Shown: positions 20,711-31,420 of the stretch, one piece after another
How the letters are laid out: every line of letters starts with the position of its first letter
Position numbering within the stretch: position 1 is the first letter of the stretch
Assembly (NCBI GenBank): GCA_963717465.1
Contig: OY970340.1
Span: 672,001-736,000, forward strand
Source of the DNA: Candidatus Bathyarchaeota archaeon
Lineage (GTDB): Archaea > Thermoproteota > Bathyarchaeia > Bathyarchaeales > Bathycorpusculaceae
Direction of reading: 5' to 3'
DNA length: 64,000 nucleotides
Translations under genes and position numbers: made by a program
Notes under the pieces: generated by a model
What the model saw: only the letters and a program-made list of their open reading frames with translations
Database searches by the model: none
Told to the model about the DNA's origin: nothing

Positions 20711-23700
20711 TTGAAAATCAGCCTAGGCTATCAAAGCTATATAGAAACGATGGAAAATCAGCTTAAAGAATTGTACGCTTTAAGCGATAGCGCTAGAGCT
20801 AAGGGCCTTGATCCCTCCTTGAAGACTGAGTGCGTAATTGCAAAGGATATTGCAGACCTCGTTGAAGGCTTAGTGGGTCCTAAAGGAGTAGCCTTGAGCA
20901 TTCGAGAATTGAGCTCTAAGATGCAACGTGAAGAAATCGCTTTTAAAATCGCTGAAGAAATCGCTCATGGCAAATTCGGTCACATGGAACCTGAAGCTTC
21001 AGCAGAGCAAGCAATCCGAACTGCATTGGCGATTTTTACTGAAGGCTTGACCGCAGCCCCTATACAAGGCATAGCCCAAGTTAAAATAAAAACTAATGCG
21101 GACAGAACAAAGTATCTTGCCATTTACTTCGCTGGTCCAATACGGTCTGCTGGAGGAACTGACCAGGCACTCACGCTTGTTGTAGGCGACTTCGTTCGTA
21201 TACTGCTCGGATTAGATAAGTATAAGCCTACTGAAGAAGAAATCGCGCGTTTCATAGAAGAACTAAGACTTTATGAGCGGTCAGTAGGCAGATTTCAATA
21301 TCACATCCCTGACGATGAATTAAAGAAAGCACTAAATTATTTGCCAGTTGAAGTTACTGGAACAGAATCAGATCCAGTGGAAGTTTCTTCGTACAGAAAC
21401 CTCGAAAGAGTTGAAACAAACCGGGTAAGAGGAGGCGCTCTAAGGGTAGTCAACGACGGGATAGTTGGGCGAGCTCAAAAAGTCCTAGTAATCGTAGAAA
21501 AAATTGGCTTCCAAGGATGGGATTGGCTTAAAGAATTTCGCAAAAAGTCTGAAAAAAAGTCAGGCGGCTTCATGGACGACGTTATCGCCGGACGCCCAAT
21601 CTTCTCTTTTCCCTCGAGACGAGGAGGTTTCAGGCTAAGATATGGCAGATCACGAAACACAGGTCTATCCGCTGTTGGAATTCACCCAGCAACAATGCTT
21701 GTTTTAGAAAGTTTTCTTGCAGCTGGCACTCAGATGCGTCTGGAGCTTCCTGGAAAAGGATGCGTTACTGTACCGGTGGATACACTTGAACTACCCGTTG
21801 TCTTGTTAAAGGACGATTCAGTAATCAGAGTATCAACCGAAAACTTCGACGATGTTAGAGACAAGATTAAGAAGATTCTATTTTTAGGGGACATTTTAAT
21901 CAGCTTCGGAGACTTCCTCTATACTAGCAAAGGGCTTTCACCTTCAGGATATGTTGAAGAATGGTGGGTTAAAGACCTCAAAAAATCCATAATAGAAAAA
22001 TTCTCTAATGATTTAAGTCGTGCATCAAACGCAACCAAGATTTCTGCCTTGAAGCTTGAGGGTTTTTTGAATGACCCCTTCACGGATAAACCCACAGTCA
22101 AAGAAGCAATAACTCTGAGTATGACTCTTGATGTGCCTTTGCATCCAGCTTTTACATTCTTTTGGTCAAGCTTATCATCCGCTCAAGATGTTGATTCTCT
22201 TAGGAAGTGGCTAGCGGCTTCTGAATTAACCTTTGAAGATGGCGTCGTTATCAGAATTATTGGCGCCGCAGATCCTGGAATTATTGCATTATTGAGAAAA
22301 ATTCTTGCTCCCCACAAAATATTGAATGACAAAGTTGTGCTTGAGGGTGAAGACGCTGTTGCTCTTGCCTTTAGCCTAGGTAACGGCGGATCAAAGGATG
22401 CTGAAATATCACAGGTTGATTCTGTGCTTAAAGCAGTGAGTCAACTATCCAGAGTAACTATCAACGATAAAGCGCCTACTTTTGTCGGTGGCCGCATGGG
22501 GAGACCTGAAAAGGCGAAAAGGCGCGAAATGAAACCTTTAGTACATGTTCTTTACCCCGTTAGCTTAGCTGGAGGCTCTCACAGGGACATGCTAGAAGCT
22601 GCAAAGCAAGGTCCAGTGTTCGTTGAACTTGCCAAACGAAAATGCGTAAACTGTAAAACTTTCACATTAAAGTTAAAATGTCCAAATTGCGGGTGTGACA
22701 CTGAACCTGAGAATAGTTGCCCTCGATGTGGAAAAGCTTTAAGGGACAAAACATGTCCAACTTGCAAAGCGAAAGCTGTGCAATATCAAAGGCAACCGGT
22801 AAACTTTAGAGAGTTGCTTGATGTCTCCTGCAAATCTCTTGGTTACCCAGTTCCCAAAGCCTTGCGAGGCGTCAAAGGATTAACTAACGAGGATAAGACT
22901 CCTGAAATTATTGAAAAAGGCGTCTTGCGGGCTAGATACGAATTATCAGTTTACAAAGATGGGACTATCCGTTTCGATGCCACAAATGCTCCTCTTACGC
23001 ATATTAAGCCGGGCGAAATTGGGGTCTCAATCGATAAAATGAAGCGGTTAGGTTACACTTCTGACATTCATGGCAAAAGCCTAACTGATCCAGATCAGGT
23101 TTGTGAACTAAGAATCCAAGATGTAGTAATCCCCTGGCGTGCAGGCGAATATTTTATTCAAATAGCCGCTTTCGTCGATGACCTCCTCGCAAGAGTCTAC
23201 AAGCTTCCCAAATACTACAACATAAAGAAACCCGAAGAACTTGTTGGACAATTAATCATGGGTTTAGCCCCTCATACTTGCGTGAGCATTTTAGGTCGAG
23301 TAGTCGGCTTTACAGACCGCAACGTAGTTTACGCTCATCCCATATGGCATTCAGCTAAGCGGCGTGACTGTGATGGCGATGAAGATGCAATCATGCTTGC
23401 CCTAGATATACTGCTTAATTTTTCTCGTAAGTATTTGCCTGCGCAGATAGGCGGAATCATGGATGCACCCATACTGCTGATTCCGTTCGTTAATACAAAG
23501 GAGGTGCAACGGCAAGCGCACGATTTTGATGTTGATGCTGATTACCCTGTTGAGTTCTACCAAAAAACTCTGGAAAAAGCTGAAGCCAGACCAGTCGGGT
23601 CGATTATGGATATTATTAGTCATAGGCTTGGGACAGAAGCGCAGTTTGAAGGGTTCAACTATACAACACCCGTTTCAAACATTAATCTGGGCAACGCTAA

Positions 23701-24121
23701 CAGTTCTTACAAGCAGTTTAAAACGATGGTTGAAAAGCTAAACATGCAGTTAGCTTTAGGCGAAAAAATTGAAGCCGTGGACGTTAGGCGAGTCGCATTA
23801 AAAGTATTAACAACCCATTTCCTAAGAGATATTGCTGGCAACTTGCGTGCTTTTTCAACGCAAGCCTTTAGATGTAAATCATGCAACAAGCGTTTTCGTC
23901 GATTACCTCTCAAAGGCAGATGTCCTTTTTGTGGTGGAATGCTAACTCTTACCGTTTACCGAGGGGGTATAGAGAAATACTTAGATGCAGCTCAACAACT
24001 GGTCGACAAGTATGGATTACCCAAATACTATACTCAACGCCTCGACATGGTGAAAGAAGAAATAGTTTCCATGTTTGACAACAAAAAACCAAAACAGGCA
24101 AGCCTTTTTGACTTTCGCTAA
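20711..24121 (+). CDS. polC: DNA polymerase D large subunit DP2 (no intein)
   Basis: 1136 aa; AGPIRSAGGT, GFRLRYGRSRNTG, RMGRPEKA, KDGTIRFD, catalytic KRRDCDGDED. Confidence 0.98.
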   Translation: MKISLGYQSYIETMENQLKELYALSDSARAKGLDPSLKTECVIAKDIADLVEGLVGPKGVALSIRELSSKMQREEIAFKIAEEIAHGKFGHMEPEASAEQAIRTALAIFTEGLTAAPIQGIAQVKIKTNADRTKYLAIYFAGPIRSAGGTDQALTLVVGDFVRILLGLDKYKPTEEEIARFIEELRLYERSVGRFQYHIPDDELKKALNYLPVEVTGTESDPVEVSSYRNLERVETNRVRGGALRVVNDGIVGRAQKVLVIVEKIGFQGWDWLKEFRKKSEKKSGGFMDDVIAGRPIFSFPSRRGGFRLRYGRSRNTGLSAVGIHPATMLVLESFLAAGTQMRLELPGKGCVTVPVDTLELPVVLLKDDSVIRVSTENFDDVRDKIKKILFLGDILISFGDFLYTSKGLSPSGYVEEWWVKDLKKSIIEKFSNDLSRASNATKISALKLEGFLNDPFTDKPTVKEAITLSMTLDVPLHPAFTFFWSSLSSAQDVDSLRKWLAASELTFEDGVVIRIIGAADPGIIALLRKILAPHKILNDKVVLEGEDAVALAFSLGNGGSKDAEISQVDSVLKAVSQLSRVTINDKAPTFVGGRMGRPEKAKRREMKPLVHVLYPVSLAGGSHRDMLEAAKQGPVFVELAKRKCVNCKTFTLKLKCPNCGCDTEPENSCPRCGKALRDKTCPTCKAKAVQYQRQPVNFRELLDVSCKSLGYPVPKALRGVKGLTNEDKTPEIIEKGVLRARYELSVYKDGTIRFDATNAPLTHIKPGEIGVSIDKMKRLGYTSDIHGKSLTDPDQVCELRIQDVVIPWRAGEYFIQIAAFVDDLLARVYKLPKYYNIKKPEELVGQLIMGLAPHTCVSILGRVVGFTDRNVVYAHPIWHSAKRRDCDGDEDAIMLALDILLNFSRKYLPAQIGGIMDAPILLIPFVNTKEVQRQAHDFDVDADYPVEFYQKTLEKAEARPVGSIMDIISHRLGTEAQFEGFNYTTPVSNINLGNANSSYKQFKTMVEKLNMQLALGEKIEAVDVRRVALKVLTTHFLRDIAGNLRAFSTQAFRCKSCNKRFRRLPLKGRCPFCGGMLTLTVYRGGIEKYLDAAQQLVDKYGLPKYYTQRLDMVKEEIVSMFDNKKPKQASLFDFR

Positions 24122-24186
24122 ACCTAAAGCTTTTCAACCAATAAGCCAATTATCCTTAAGAGGAATTAGCCATCATTAAAAATAAC

Positions 24187-24441
24187 TTGCATCCGAACGC
24201 TTACTTACATCAAATAAAGAATGTTGCCAAAGGTCTCAAAACTCGAACTCTCATACTTACAATTCTTGAAGCCAAATCCGTCACTGCTTCAGAAATATCA
24301 AAAGAAACATCTCTAACATACGGGGTAATTATGCACCACTTAAAACTTTTAGAAAACGAAGGAATAGCCCAACGTAAGAATAAGGGTAAGCGCCAGTTTG
24401 TTTGGTCACTTTCTGGGCTTGGACAAAAACGTCTTAGTTAA
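24187..24441 (+). CDS. Small ArsR-like winged-helix protein
   Basis: TRTLILTIL...TASEISKETSLTYGVIMHHLKLLENEGI. Confidence 0.8.
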   Translation: MHPNAYLHQIKNVAKGLKTRTLILTILEAKSVTASEISKETSLTYGVIMHHLKLLENEGIAQRKNKGKRQFVWSLSGLGQKRLS

Positions 24442-24726
24442 GAAAGGACATTGGCAAGGGGATTGTCCACATTTAGGGCACTTGTTATTGTACTTATTCA
24501 AGGTTGCTTTTTCAAGGTCTATTCCTGTTATGTTGGCTAAAGATGCAAGCCACGCTATAACGTCAGCAAACTCTTTTTCAATAGCCTCTTTATCAGTTCC
24601 CTCCAAGGCATCTCCTAGTTCTGCCAACTCATCAGCAAGCCAATCATAAGTTCTAACCATTCCGCGTTGCATGTCTCTTTCAAAGTAAAGACGCTTCATC
24701 ATCTCCTGAAATTCACTAATATGCAT
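24406..24726 (-). CDS. MazG-like nucleotide pyrophosphohydrolase
   Basis: WLADELAEL, EKEFADVIAWLASLAN, C-terminal CPKCGQSPCQC. Confidence 0.88.
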   Translation of the reverse strand: MHISEFQEMMKRLYFERDMQRGMVRTYDWLADELAELGDALEGTDKEAIEKEFADVIAWLASLANITGIDLEKATLNKYNNKCPKCGQSPCQCPFLTKTFLSKPRK

Positions 24727-24893
24727 CAAACTCACCTGAACAGTCACTGCTTCTCAGTTGCTTTCATGGTTTAAACCTAATTGTTCATGACCTGATTTTA
24801 CGCATCTTAATTGCGAAAGTAATTGCATAACATTAATATTAGGAACCAATTATAACGTAATATAACCTTGAAAAAGCCATCTATGGGATGTCG

Positions 24894-25058
24894 ATGAGTA
24901 AGAAGAAGAAAGATAAAGCACCAATGCCCGCGGCAAGTGCAGGCTTACTTCGGTTTTTTGAAGAAGAAACCGAAGGTATTAAGATGAGGCCTGAATTTCT
25001 CATAGTCTTTGCCGTTGCTTTAATCGTTGTTTCAGTTCTAATAAAAGTGTACGTATAG
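24894..25058 (+). CDS. secG: Preprotein translocase subunit Sec61-beta (below ORF-track cutoff)
   Basis: Hand translation MSKKKKDKAPMPAASAGLLRFFEEETEGIKMRPEFLIVFAVALIVVSVLIKVYV (54 aa); AGLLRFF and KxxP motifs followed by one TM. Confidence 0.93.
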   Translation: MSKKKKDKAPMPAASAGLLRFFEEETEGIKMRPEFLIVFAVALIVVSVLIKVYV

Positions 25059-25093
25059 TAAAATTGCTCTTTCTTTGTTAATTCTTTTAGCTT

Positions 25094-25414
25094 CTATCGC
25101 CTTGGAGATGTTGGGTGAATTACTTCTATTCTTTGAACCGAATTAAGGTGAAGGAATAGTTCGCTTCTTTCTTCCCTGCTTGCAACTTGGGGAATGGGTT
25201 GGGCAATCGTTGATCTTAGGACTATTGCTTCTGCGTCTGAAAGCCAGATTCCTGCTGGGTCATGAGTTACAGCGGCTAATGTGCCCTCAAAACCGTATGT
25301 CGGGTCCAAAATAACCCTTATTTTTTTGCCCACGTTCCTCTCCAACATGTGAAATATCGAAGGCGGTAAGTCCGGGTCTGGCATATGTTTCGCAAAACTA
25401 GTATAATGTGTCAT
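25094..25414 (-). CDS. Divergent Sm/LSm-fold protein
   Basis: LERNVGKKIRVIL...FEGTLAAV...IWLSDAE (Sm1-like) and ELFLHLNSVQRIEVI (Sm2-like). Confidence 0.65.
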   Translation of the reverse strand: MTHYTSFAKHMPDPDLPPSIFHMLERNVGKKIRVILDPTYGFEGTLAAVTHDPAGIWLSDAEAIVLRSTIAQPIPQVASREERSELFLHLNSVQRIEVIHPTSPRR

Positions 25415-25626
25415 CTAAAGATAAAACAATTCCCCTAATGATGCATGTTACATCCGACAGCCTTTGCGCTCTTTCAATTGAACTTATTCACTTTTTTGGC
25501 CGTTTATGCTAAATTTTTTGGTAATTAAGCTTTCAATAGTTGAGTTTTTGTGTTTATTGTCAACCGTTTTATTAGTTAGATTTTAATACAACTTTAATTC
25601 CATAAGGAAGGCAATCTTGTGAGAAC

Positions 25627-27444
25627 ATGGTAAATGAGGATTCACTAAATGATATGATTAACAGTGCTCAGAAGCATTATTCGTCCATGTTCTTCTTGCC
25701 AACATACAAGAAAGCGCTATTGGCCATAGCAGTTATTTGTATAGGTGTAATCGGGCTTTCGTCTTTAATTTTTTATCCGTCAACTGAAGGGTTAATTGGC
25801 AGTCTATCTCTTGGCATTTCCTTATTCTTGGTAACGTATATAATGGATATTTTACTGAGCAAAATAATCCTCAAAGACCCAATTTACATTTTAAGAAGGG
25901 CAGTTGCCTTATCCCTATTCTGCTGGATCGTATGGCTGTTTTTCATCTTGTTAGGCGTAGTAATAGGCGCTTTTTACGGACCAATTTGGTGGATAAGACT
26001 TTGTTTATTAGGCTTTGCATCTGTCCTAACTTTTCGCACAACAGTTTTCATTGCAACATCAAGAACAAGCATCTACCGACGTTTGGCATCGTCTTTGCTT
26101 CAACCTGTCTTCTGCATCATAGTATTCACTGCTTTTTGGTTTGTAAGCTCAAATTCTATTATTCCACAGTTTTGGCCATACTTGATTATCTCACCAATAA
26201 TTGCGTGCGTTTCAGCCTATCTTTTCCTTTTGCCGATTGACCGTGTAGGATACCAAGTTTACGGCTGGGCTTCGCTGCCTATATTCAGAGCGTTTATGCT
26301 TGATTGGGTAGTAAATCAAAATGCGCCATTGGAAGAGTTTTTTGAGAAAATAGGAGAAACCACTGATGTTGAAGTTAATCTTCTAAAGTTTGATTCTTAC
26401 AAACCTAAAGCTGCAATTATTATGCCCCTCGTGCATCCTGGTCCATTCAAGAACGTTGGTAGCAGTGTTTTGCCCTCTCTGCTTAAGCATGAATTCGAAA
26501 AGGCATTTAGTTGTGATACTTGTGTTCCCTTAGGGATTCTTGGTCATGAACTCGATTTAGCATCACAGGAGCAAAACATCAAAATAATTAATCATATAAT
26601 TGAGTCTGCTAAATTCTCAGCATCTGATGATACTGCCACTCCTTTAGTAAAGGTAAAAGAGAATTATGCTGTAGCCTCATGCCAGATTTTTGGGAAGTCT
26701 GCATTGCTTTCTTTTACGCTTGCCCCAAAAACCACTGAAGATTTACCTCAAGAGTTAGGACGCATGGTTCGAGAAGAAGCGAAAAAACTGGGATTAACCT
26801 GTACAATGATAATTAATTCTCATAACAGCATAAACGATGTAATTGACACTGCTGAATCTTTAGGCGACTTGGAAATCGCCGCTTCAAAATGCCTAAAAAA
26901 AGCAGTTACAATGCCTACACATAAGTTTAAAGTTGGATCAGCAACTGTTTATCCCAGTGAATTCTCCGTAAAAGAAGGTATGGGTCCAGGCGGAATCACG
27001 GCAATAGTTGTCCAGGTGGAACAGCAAAAAGCAGCCTATACCATCATTGATGGAAACAACATGATTTCCGGATTACGCGAAAAAATTATTCCCGCCTTAG
27101 CCGCGGCTGGTTTTGATGAAAGCGAAGTTTTCACCACGGACACTCATGTAGTTAGTGCAGTAATCACTGGAAATCGAGGTTACAACCCTGTAGGGGAAGC
27201 AATGAATCACGAAGTCTTAATCAAGTACATTACTGATGTTGCGAAGGCAGCAGAGGCAAACATGGAAGAAAGTAAAGCAGGATGCCTAAGTCTAACTGTT
27301 CCCAACGTTAGAGTAATTGGAAAAGAAATGATAGGTTCTTTATCTCTTCTTGTCGACAAAGCATTGAAGAAAGCAAAACAAACAATACTGCCCGTCTTTG
27401 GTTTAGAAGGACTGTTATTGATTTTGTTATTAGTCCTTCTATAA
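25627..27444 (+). CDS. DUF2070-family membrane protein
   Basis: Multi-TM N-terminus; VHPGPFKNVGSS, HELDL, NSHNS, IDGNNM, TTDTH motifs. Confidence 0.85.
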   Translation: MVNEDSLNDMINSAQKHYSSMFFLPTYKKALLAIAVICIGVIGLSSLIFYPSTEGLIGSLSLGISLFLVTYIMDILLSKIILKDPIYILRRAVALSLFCWIVWLFFILLGVVIGAFYGPIWWIRLCLLGFASVLTFRTTVFIATSRTSIYRRLASSLLQPVFCIIVFTAFWFVSSNSIIPQFWPYLIISPIIACVSAYLFLLPIDRVGYQVYGWASLPIFRAFMLDWVVNQNAPLEEFFEKIGETTDVEVNLLKFDSYKPKAAIIMPLVHPGPFKNVGSSVLPSLLKHEFEKAFSCDTCVPLGILGHELDLASQEQNIKIINHIIESAKFSASDDTATPLVKVKENYAVASCQIFGKSALLSFTLAPKTTEDLPQELGRMVREEAKKLGLTCTMIINSHNSINDVIDTAESLGDLEIAASKCLKKAVTMPTHKFKVGSATVYPSEFSVKEGMGPGGITAIVVQVEQQKAAYTIIDGNNMISGLREKIIPALAAAGFDESEVFTTDTHVVSAVITGNRGYNPVGEAMNHEVLIKYITDVAKAAEANMEESKAGCLSLTVPNVRVIGKEMIGSLSLLVDKALKKAKQTILPVFGLEGLLLILLLVLL

Positions 27445-27520
27445 ACATAAAAACCGCTTAGTCAGGTTTTTATCGAATTGTAAATTCTTAAAAAAAGTTG
27501 CTTATCTTCTGCTTAAGGGA

Positions 27521-28042
27521 TTACTCTGCCTTAATTCTCTTTATCGTTCTTCGAGGTTTTCTCTTAAGTTCCGTTCCGCAAACTTGGCATTCCTTGAAAG
27601 TTGAATTAACTGGGTATTCTCTGTGGCAAGCTGGGCAGTATCTGACCCAGTTTAACAGACGCTTTATGCCGAAAGTTGCGAGCGCTAAAAACTCTATTTC
27701 TAATTGTTTTGCGACGTTCTGAATGGAATAGTCATCAGTGACTATTTGTGGAGAATAACCTTTTGCTTTGAATTCTAAAGCTAAAGCCAAAAGTTGCTTG
27801 TCCGTTTCTGATAACAAGTAAGAATCGCCAACCTTACTTGCTGACGCTTGAATTCGATTCCAAAATTCTTCCGAGGGCGCTATGACCTTCAGTTTTCCAC
27901 TTTCAACGGCTGTTTTAAACCTAGTAAATGACATGGAATTAATGGATATTTCATCTTCCACTTTAGGAGCAGTTACTTCTTCTTCACTTAAAGAAAACGG
28001 GTCAAGTCCTGCCACAAAGGCAGATGTATCAAGCACTAGCAC
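27521..28042 (-). CDS. nob1: Nob1-like PIN-domain endoribonuclease
   Basis: VLDTSAF, LSETDKQLLALA, VTDDYSIQNVA, Zn ribbon CPAC...CQVCG. Confidence 0.93.
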   Translation of the reverse strand: MLVLDTSAFVAGLDPFSLSEEEVTAPKVEDEISINSMSFTRFKTAVESGKLKVIAPSEEFWNRIQASASKVGDSYLLSETDKQLLALALEFKAKGYSPQIVTDDYSIQNVAKQLEIEFLALATFGIKRLLNWVRYCPACHREYPVNSTFKECQVCGTELKRKPRRTIKRIKAE

Positions 28043-28084
28043 ACGTTTAGCTTGTTTAACTGGATTGTTCGATTGGATTTTTAA

Positions 28085-28933
28085 TCACATTCCCTTAAAC
28101 AGCAATCTGCCTCTCAATCGGCGATAAAAATCATTTTCAAACCTAATGAAAGAACTCACGTTTTTAGACCTCGTAATTTCTACAACAGGGTCATCCTTCG
28201 CATCAACCACTTTATGGTAATTGCCGTCGATTGAAACACGTATTTTCTTTGGTCGAACTACGTTCAGAGCAATCGTTGAATCTTTTGGAAAAACAAGCGA
28301 GTGAAATACAGTTAATGAGCAGATCGGCGTAAGGACGAAACCGTTGATTTCCCGATCCAAAACTGGTCCCCCAGCAGAAAGCGAATAAGCCGTTGATCCA
28401 ATTTGCGTTGCAACGATTAATCCATCAGCTTGACAATTCAGTATCGGCTTGCCGTCCTTACATACTTCAGTGTAAACCAGTTTTAATGGTTCACTATTGG
28501 TAATAACAACATCGTTCAAAGCGTCCGGTAATACTTCATCGCCTAAAGAAGTGGCTAGTTTATCGCATTTCTCAATCTTGTATTCGCCATTTAAGCATTT
28601 TTCTAAAGCTACGGACGCATCTTTTGGTTCAATCTCGGTTAAGAAGCCTCTTACACCCATGTTTATGGCTAAAATTGGCGGTTCAGGATTTGGCAGAGTA
28701 ATACACGTTCTAAAAATTGTTCCGTCGCCGCCGATAGTGATTACAAAATCAGTTTTCATTCTTGAAAGGGGAACCATATTTGCCTTGGCACTTATTTTTC
28801 CGGCTAAAGTATCTTCTACGTAAACCTCCAAGCCTCTATTCTCAAGATTCTTAGCCAAGTTATCTGCAAGTTTCAATGCAGGTTTCTTGTCGTAGCGGGC
28901 GACTAACCCCACGCTTTTGAACACTATCTTCAC
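28085..28933 (-). CDS. nadK: NAD kinase
   Basis: IGGDGT, INMGVRGFL, ALND, ADGLIVATQIGSTAYSLSAGGP. Confidence 0.95.
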   Translation of the reverse strand: MKIVFKSVGLVARYDKKPALKLADNLAKNLENRGLEVYVEDTLAGKISAKANMVPLSRMKTDFVITIGGDGTIFRTCITLPNPEPPILAINMGVRGFLTEIEPKDASVALEKCLNGEYKIEKCDKLATSLGDEVLPDALNDVVITNSEPLKLVYTEVCKDGKPILNCQADGLIVATQIGSTAYSLSAGGPVLDREINGFVLTPICSLTVFHSLVFPKDSTIALNVVRPKKIRVSIDGNYHKVVDAKDDPVVEITRSKNVSSFIRFENDFYRRLRGRLLFKGM

Positions 28934-29148
28934 CGTTTCAGGTTAATACCGTTACCTTATTCTATATTACCCTTTCAGTGGCAAAGTCTCCAATTCTTCG
29001 CATTCTTTATCTTTTTCCACAATTGTTTCTTAAAACGTTTTTCAGGTTATCTAAGAGTCGAACCAGTTGCAACTGCAAAGCCAACCACGCTTTAGTTTAT
29101 TAAGTCATTTTTCTAAAGAATACATGTGGACAGGAATCGGAATCTAAG

Positions 29149-30184
29149 TTGGACGAAAACCTAAGTCTTAGTTGTTGTGGGTGCAGGAGCAATTGGTTCA
29201 AGCGTGACTGGATGGGTTGCGCCAAAGTATGATAAGTTGCACTTACTTGCAAGGGGAGAAAGTGCCGATATTATTAGAAAACAAGGATTAAAGTTCTACC
29301 TAAAAGGTGAACAAGCAAGCGCAGTCCCTATCCCTATTAAAATTATCGAATCTTTAAAAGAAATTTCACCTCCAGATATAATGGTAATTGCCGTTAAAAA
29401 CTACGATTTGGAGTCAACGGCAGCATCGCTTAGGGAACAGCTTGGTACGCATCAACCTATTATTGTTGCTTTGCAAAACGGCATTGAAAACCAGCGTGTC
29501 CTTCCTAAATATTTTGCTAAAATCATTTACAGCGTAGTTTGTTTCAACGCGTGGCGAGACGAACCAGGAAAAATAGGACACCAAAAACATGGTTACCTTA
29601 TACTCGGTACACCCTTGAATGACCTCCAAACCGAACAGCAACAGGTCGCAGCCATCTTGAACATGGGAATGATTTGCACCCTAACAAACCGTTTGGAAGA
29701 TGCCGTCCATTGTAAACTGTCAACTAATTTATCAAACGCTTTAGCCGCTTTAATCGGCTTCCAGGAGCTACCCATGGCGTCTTTCGATGCTTTTACTCAC
29801 ATGATTGCAAAGCTCATCTGGGAAGGAATTACAGTCATTAAGGCAAACGGTTTTAAGGAGCACAAGTTAGGGAATTTGCCGTCTTGGCGTGCCCTTAGAA
29901 TGAGCGCTACTCTGCCTGCTGTTTTAATCAGTGCCCTTTACAGATTCAGGGCGCTGGAAGAAGTCGGGCTAAATAGTACAGCGCAGGACCTGTTAGCAGG
30001 CAAAACCACTACTGAACTGGAATCCCTCAACGGTTACATGCTGACCCTTGCCAAAAAGGCTGGGCTTTCAATGCCTATTAACCAAGCAGTCTACGAAATA
30101 GCCAAAGAACGCTTTGGACCCAACTTTCAACCGATGACTAAAAGGGAACTGTTAACCGACATTCACAAAAGGCTCCAAAAATAA
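29149..30184 (+). CDS. panE: Ketopantoate reductase family protein (start region frameshifted)
   Basis: VVGAGAIGS, VKNYD, LQNGI, KLSTN, STAQDLLAGK..ELESLNG. Confidence 0.8.
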
Positions 30185-30208
30185 ACACAAAATTCTAAAA
30201 ACTAAATC

Positions 30209-31213
30209 GTGTCGAATTTGAATAGGACAGACGGAAATTCAAAGGAAATTCCAAATCTAGCACGCCAATGGCTAGATTCAGGCAGATTTTTCAAGTGGAC
30301 TTCCACTTTAGATGAGAATAAATCCTTTGGCGAATTGAACATTTTCTTCATTCAAAAAGGCGATGTCAACAAACCTGCAATTTTGATGATTCACGGTTAT
30401 CCCACAAGCAGTTTTGACTTCATGGAGCTTTTTGATTTGCTCAGCATGGATTACTTTGTTTGTGCTCTGGATACTCCAGGATACGGATTCTCAGATAAGC
30501 CAAGAAACAGCTACAAATATTCGATTGAAGATGATGCAAAGCTTGTAGATTACTTCATAAATGAATTGTTAAAAGTTAAAAAGTTAACATTGGTCACTCA
30601 CAACAAAGGAGACAGCGTCGGATTAGCCTTACTTGACATTTATAAAAACCAAAACCGATATGTCATCGACCATTTCATAATTACCAACGGAAACATTTAC
30701 TTGCCATTAGCTAACCTGACAAATTTCCAAAAAGTTATCTTAGACAAATTCATCGGCCCCTTGGCAACCAAATTTGTTACAGGCAAAATGTTAGCTAACG
30801 GATTGGACAGAACAACCCATAACGTCAAGGAGTCCAGAGAAAAGCTGGAATCTAACGCGTTCATTTTGGACTATAAAAATGGCGGAAGCGTTCAACACTC
30901 AATTATACAATACTTGAATCAGAGAAAGAAAAACGAGATTCACTGGCTGGAGAATCTAAAAAACAGTAGCGTACCTGCAGCACTAGTTTGGGGTGAATAC
31001 GATAAAATTGCTCCAACCCAGGTCTCAGATTACGTTTGGAACAACTACCTAAAAGACAGAACCGCAAAATCAGACTACTGGACAATTCCCAACGCAAATC
31101 ACTATCTTCAAAATGATAAACCCCGTGTGATGAGCATGCTGATTCGGCAACTACTTGGCGAACAAGTGGATTTCAAAGAAATCGGCGAGAAAGAAAGGCC
31201 TATAAGCAAATAG
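30209..31213 (+). CDS. Alpha/beta hydrolase, epoxide hydrolase/MEST-like
   Basis: HGYPTSSFD, DTPGYGFSDKP, HNKGD elbow, WGEYD, NHYLQ. Confidence 0.85.
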   Translation: MSNLNRTDGNSKEIPNLARQWLDSGRFFKWTSTLDENKSFGELNIFFIQKGDVNKPAILMIHGYPTSSFDFMELFDLLSMDYFVCALDTPGYGFSDKPRNSYKYSIEDDAKLVDYFINELLKVKKLTLVTHNKGDSVGLALLDIYKNQNRYVIDHFIITNGNIYLPLANLTNFQKVILDKFIGPLATKFVTGKMLANGLDRTTHNVKESREKLESNAFILDYKNGGSVQHSIIQYLNQRKKNEIHWLENLKNSSVPAALVWGEYDKIAPTQVSDYVWNNYLKDRTAKSDYWTIPNANHYLQNDKPRVMSMLIRQLLGEQVDFKEIGEKERPISK

Positions 31214-31420
31214 TCCTAAAATTTTTTCAAAATAAGCTGGAAATTAGCTTCAAAAGCCAGCTAATTCTTCCATCGTTCTTCACTTGATAAGCATGGATCG
31301 AAAATGGGCGTTAGACGATTTGGGTTAATACTTAAATACACTCTTGTGTTAAGAGGAAATTTAATTGATTGTTAAACTGAAACAGATAATCTTAAATTAA
31401 TTACGAATGGAGGCAAATTA

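Noticed and set aside
20711..24121. Intein in DP2
   Set aside because: The length of 1136 aa is normal and the HSAKRRDCDGDED site is uninterrupted
25436..25490. Second C/D sRNA starting AATGATGCATG
   Set aside because: It shares a C-box-like start with the 34.1 kb sRNA but has no convincing C' or D box and no terminal stem
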